A stretch of 64,000 nucleotides of DNA from Eledone cirrhosa (taxonomy: Eukaryota): assembly GCA_964016885.1 (NCBI GenBank), contig OZ024759.1, positions 28,892,001-28,956,000 of the forward strand, read 5' to 3'. Below the pieces are notes generated by a model that searched no databases, was not told the origin of the DNA, and was given only the letters and a program-made list of their open reading frames with translations. A program made the translations under genes and the position numbers. Of the stretch, positions 58,375-64,000 are shown one piece after another (the first letter of the stretch is position 1; each line of letters opens with the position of its first letter).

Positions 58375-58948
58375 GGTGATGGTTGTGGTTGTGTGAAGGG
58401 CTTGTGGTTGTGGTGATGGTTGTAGTAGTGGTGATGGTTGTGGTTGTGTGAAGGGCTTGTGGTTGTGGTGATGGTTGTGGTTGTGTGAAGGGCTTGTGGT
58501 TGTGGTGATGGTTGTGGTTGTGTGAAGGGCTTGTGGTTGTGGTGATGGTTGTGGTTGTGTGAAGGGCTTGTGGTTGTGGTGATGGTTGTGGTTGTGTGAA
58601 GGGCTTGTGGTTGTGGTGATGGTTGTGGTTGTGTGAAGGGCTTGTGGTTGTGGTGATGGTTGTGGTTGTGTGAAGGGCTTGTGGTTGTGGTGATGGTTGT
58701 GGTTGTGTGAAGGGCTTGTGGTTGTGGTGATGGTTGTGGTTGTGTGAAGGGCTTGTGGTTGTGGTGATGGTTGTGGTTGTGTGAAGGGCTTGTGGTTGTG
58801 GTGATGGTTGTGGTTGTGTGAAGGGCTTGTGGTTGTGGTGATGGTTGTGGTTGTGTGAAGGGCTTGCGGTGATGGTTGTGGTTGTGTGAAGAGCTTGTGG
58901 TTGTGGTGATGGTTGTGGTTGTGTGAAGGGCTTGCGGTTGTGGTGATG
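58375..58948. repeat. 37-bp GT-rich minisatellite, about 15 copies
   Basis: gtgatggttgtggttgtgtgaagggcttgtggttgtg with a 37-bp period (aagggc at 58451, 58488 and onward). Confidence 0.95.
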
Positions 58949-59174
58949 GTTCTGGTGGTCACAGTGATATTAGTGGTGGTAAGAGTGATGGTGGTGATGA
59001 TGGGGGGTGTCGTGACGATGGCGGTTGTTGTTCTTGTGGTGATGGTGTTGTTGTTTCTGCAGTTGTTCGTACTGGTGCTAATATATTCATAACTACATAC
59101 ACTACTGTGAATTAACCAAGACTGCATGAAAGTATTGCTATTGTATAATACCTCTAAATAGTGCACAATTTAAG

Positions 59175-59205
<31 letters not shown>

Positions 59206-59578
59206 AACTTTCTAGTATTCGACTCTAACCATAATTTTCAGTAGTACCACCCCACATAAATTCCCCAATTTAAGAATGACCTGTAGTATCGAATTTCATA
59301 CTATAAACCTCAATTGAATATATATCTGACCCGGAATGCTTTTTGTGAAAATCAGTCATATGGAACTATTGTCATCTTGCCTGACGGTTTGAACTTTACA
59401 ACACCACCTGCCTGTTTGAGGTCAAATACCAACCCTACTAGCATCTACAAACTGACCAATGAGAATTAAGATTATTCCTGCTGACAACATTAAATTATCC
59501 CTAACAAGTTCATATGTCCCAAGGCTCTGATACCATCAACACCAAAAACACAGAGCTGGCATTTCTAAGAACTGACTA

Positions 59579-59636
59579 ACTGCCTGATGAGGTCATAGCC
59601 ATTCAATGGCTATCATCGAACTATATATATAGCAGT
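59579..59636 (+). ncRNA. Hammerhead-like motif with (TA)n stem III, at the end of a decayed PLE 3' fragment (about 59205-59680)
   Basis: actgc-CTGATGA-ggtcatagccatt-c-aatggctatcatc-GAAC-tatatata-TA-gcagt. Upstream, 59299-59322 reads YYKPQLNI, like a GIY-YIG C-terminus. Confidence 0.6.
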
Positions 59637-60024
59637 AAATAAATGATTATGAGTTCATGCAATTGACTTATGTTTCGTCACTATATATATATTATTCAAA
59701 ATATTAATAAATGGAGACATTCATGTAATCAAAATATATGTTTGTTTATATATATCCATTTATTAATATTTTGAATAATATTAATAACTCCAGAAAACTT
59801 TTTCTGTTGAGTGCTTTTAATCTAGTGTAAAACTATATTCATTGAATAATCAATGAACCTTGTTTAATATTTGGTTTTATATATATATATATACTATATA
59901 TAGAGTTATAAACTCAAACAGTCTTTTACAATTAAATAGCTCAAAGAAAGAGATATTTCTGAGCCGTGAAATACAAATTAATATAAATTAATAAATGTAA
60001 TTTGTATTAATATATGTAATTTGT

Positions 60025-60087
<63 letters not shown>

Positions 60088-60562
60088 CGGAAATTATAAT
60101 ATTTCCTTTGTTTAACACTTCGAATCTACCCGCCAAAACCGAGGGTTGCTTCCCTTGTTGGAAATATCACGTGATAAATAAATGTGCGTTCAGCTCACTC
60201 ATAGCGGCAGCATTTAAAATCCACCTGGCTTTTGGAAAGAACGGAACTCCTGTGGATGCAATGAAACCTCTGTTCGTCATGGAATACCACGAGCGTGCTT
60301 GTTACGTAAGTCGGATATTTGATTTCGGATTCACAGTTTAATTTTCGGATTCACCGTTTAATTTATCCAGGTGTATTTTTTCAACCTGTTAGTTTTTTCG
60401 TTACTTTGGTATTATGTGTTAGGTTTTGCCTACCGCAATGTTCAATTTGTCTAGCTATTTAAACGTATGTTATTGCTCTAAGGACCTACCCTTATTGAGT
60501 GCTTTGCTACCTCATTCATATTGTAGGTCACAGCCAAAGATTCGATTTTACTAAGCCCCCAC

Positions 60563-60641
<79 letters not shown>

Positions 60642-60735
60642 CATGTGGTGGGTTAGTAAATGTAAATGTATATATATGTGTACAAGCAATATTTATTAGA
60701 ATGCTGTTGTAGTGTGTCTACATTTTTGGGGACAC

Positions 60736-60813
<78 letters not shown>

Positions 60814-60890
60814 CATATACATATATATATATACATATATATATATACATATATATATATACATATATATATATACATATATATATATAC

Positions 60891-60974
<84 letters not shown>

Positions 60975-61158
60975 TGTATACATTATATGTATATATATAC
61001 ATATATATATATATATACATATATACATACATATATATACACATACATATATACATATATATACACATACATATATATATACACATACATATACATACAT
61101 ATATATATACATATATATATATATACATACATATATATATACACACTTATATATACAC

Positions 61159-61193
<35 letters not shown>

Positions 61194-61232
61194 CATATAT
61201 ATACAAATATATATATAGACATATATATACAC

Positions 61233-61300
<68 letters not shown>

Positions 61301-61357
61301 TAGGATCGGTGCTCTGTGCCAAATATACTATACATACATTCATATATATACACACAG

Positions 61358-61400
<43 letters not shown>

Positions 61401-61650
61401 GACAGACTTAGAGACATTAAGATGTACGGGAGGAAAATGGCGGTAGTAATAGATCATCTGACCTTCTCTACGTCATCGGTCAGTGCACCAAGCAATGGTG
61501 TTCAGTGCATGCAGGAATGCAGGAATGCAGGATGCAGATACTGCGTATTTTACCTGTATGTTGTCAACACTTAAGAAACTGGCTTCATAATTGAAAGATA
61601 CAACATATCATCTGCTGGCTGGCTTACGTAGATTTATATACTTACCTGTG

Positions 61651-61796
<146 letters not shown>

Positions 61797-61969
61797 TGTG
61801 TGTGCTTGTGTATGTGTATATACGCACGAGATTGAAATATCTATGTATATATATATATATATATATATATACACAAATACATATATATATATATATATAC
61901 ACAGATATACATATATTCATATATAAACGTATATATGTGTACATATATATACACATACATGTATACATC

Positions 61970-62010
<41 letters not shown>

Positions 62011-62079
62011 TGGGTTATACCTATTCTAAACACATAATTTATACTTTTTATACTTAATTATACTTAATTATTATCATTA

Positions 62080-62452
62080 TTGGCAGTATTGGTAGATGGT
62101 CGGACGCCATGCTTTGCAGCATACTTACGTCCCTTTACGGACTCAGTTCAAATCCCGCCGAGGTTAACTTTGCCTTTCATCCTTACGGGGTCGACAAAAT
62201 AAAGTACCAGTAATGTACTGGGTAATTGCTGGCCTTGTGCCTAAAGTAGAAACAATTATTATTTATGGATTGGCAGTATCGGTAGAGGGTCGGACAATAT
62301 GCTTTGCAGCATAGAGTTACGGCCCTTGCCATTCTGAGTTCAAATCGCGCCAAGGTTAACTTTGCCTTTCATCCTTACGGGGTCGATAAAATAAAGTACC
62401 AGTAATGTACTGGGTAATTGCTGGCCTTGTGCCAAAAGTAGAAACAATTATT
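62080..62452 (+). mobile_element. Two tandem SINE family 1 copies
   Basis: Heads at about 62080 and 62266, each ending gtagaaacaattattatt. Confidence 0.9.
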
Positions 62453-62804
62453 ATTTATGTACGCATATATACACATAAATGTAAATGTGTATATATATAT
62501 ATATATATGTAGATAATATATTATTTCTGAAGACGGCATATATATGTGTTTGGTATGTATATTTAATTTTGATAGTTTGTATAATTTTGTATAATTTTGT
62601 ACATAGATCTGTTGAATATGCATGCCAATTCTAACACATATATATCCTAGAAACGATCGTTAAATAATGAACTTTTTTTGTTTAATATAAGGAACTGTTT
62701 CATTGTTTTATTCATTATTTTTTTAATATTTTATATATATATATATATACACTTCAGTCATTTTATTCTTCTTCTCCTTCTTCTTCTTCTTTTTCTTAGT
62801 CCTT

Positions 62805-63716
62805 ATCAGAAAGGAAGATGAAACGCATAGGATACTGGGACAGTTGGATAAGATAGTTGCATCTTCCAGAATAAGGTTCAAACCAAAGAAATCCCTGAGT
62901 ATCTCTCTACGGAAGGTGAAAGTAACGGGATGAGTTGATTCAGCAGAGCTAACAGGACATGTAGATCACGTGGTAAGGTACACTCCACAAGTGTCTCAGT
63001 TGGAATGACTTGTAGCATATGGCGCCTCTCAGAATCAGTTTTCTCCACATATTTTTCTATGATCTCCTGCCTTCGAATACGAATTTAGTCAAGTGGGGCA
63101 AATCAGATAACCACGAGTGTCCACTCTACCAAGGTAGGCAGACAGTGGAACAGGTTTTGAGCTGAGGCAGAGTAGCACGACCTCAGAGAAGATACACGTG
63201 GAGACACAATCATGTGCTTAAGGAGATCATATATGTGATAAGTACAGCAAAAGTAAAACTCGTACTATGAGAATCTCCAACAACAGTCTATATTCCAGGA
63301 GGCAGCAAATCATAGCCAGGAATAGCTATGCCACACGGGGCATGGGAATCGAGTTTTTTGATTGGTGCGGACGACTAGGTGTGTACAGCAGACATCCCAG
63401 GGTCAGCAAAACAACGAAAAATCATCAGAAAGAGTGGTTTGAGGTCGGATATCGAACACCATTCCAGTTAATCGAAACAGCTGATTTTGATTAACTAACC
63501 GTGCCATTTGAAAGAAGATTAGAAAAAGCATACATGTTAAAGACTGAAAAATACGCCAGTTTGGCCAACAGCCTGAGGGAAGCCGATTTCCGAGTCAAAG
63601 TTCTCACCATAGAGAGTGGAACTAGAGGCTTTGTGGGCAAATCTGCCTACAATCTCTCAGTCTCTGGGAAGATGAGGACCAAAGCCCTAAAGGCAATATC
63701 AAAGGTTCTTCTCTGA
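62805..63716 (+). mobile_element. Decayed Hero/R2-group non-LTR retrotransposon 3' fragment (zinc knuckle + RLE)
   Basis: ECPL...QTVEQVLS, RYTWRHNHVLK and LTVPFERRLEKAYMLKTEKYASL...IESGTRGFVGKS, with stops and frameshifts. Confidence 0.75.
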
Positions 63717-64000
63717 ATACCTTCTGCTGTCCAGCTCTCCTGAGAGTTTCTTACCACGCTATATATATACAGAAAAAATGAAACGAAATTTCATTCCTCA
63801 CTCTTAGTACGGCTGTTACTTAAATATAAGTATGTATACATACATACATATATGTATACAGACGTACAGTAGTATGTATATATATATACATACATGCACA
63901 CATATATATATGTACGTATGGATTCACCGAACATTTACTATAATGCTCGGTGTGTTTGTAAACAAACATCCGGAATTAAGCCGTACAGTGTCTAGCAACC

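Overview
Very AT-rich, microsatellite-saturated animal DNA. The repeat content looks cephalopod or mollusc-like, but that is inference. Almost all ORFs in the supplied track are translations of (TA)n, (CA)n, (GA)n, (CAC)n or satellite DNA. The one clear protein-coding region is a 5'-truncated but otherwise open Penelope-like retroelement (RT + GIY-YIG, 34290-36053). It is inserted in a (TA)n field, with an inverted terminal piece and two hammerhead-ribozyme (HHR)-like motifs downstream. Main unexplained signal: many short 'unique' islands between the (TA)n arrays are recurring termini of about 10 or more unrelated HHR-bearing families. I read about 20 full or degenerate HHR cores and about 8 half-cores by eye. 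Many are arranged as (TA)n-[long antisense arm][short sense arm]-(TA)n fold-backs, with the same geometry as the ends of the coding element. The window also holds two tRNA-type SINE families, 3' fragments of RTE-, CRE- and Hero-like LINEs, mariner/Tigger-like TIR scraps, and a 4.7-kb CCGGAAATA satellite with higher-order structure. Coordinates were read by eye; repeat edges may be off by a few bases. No database search or folding program was run.
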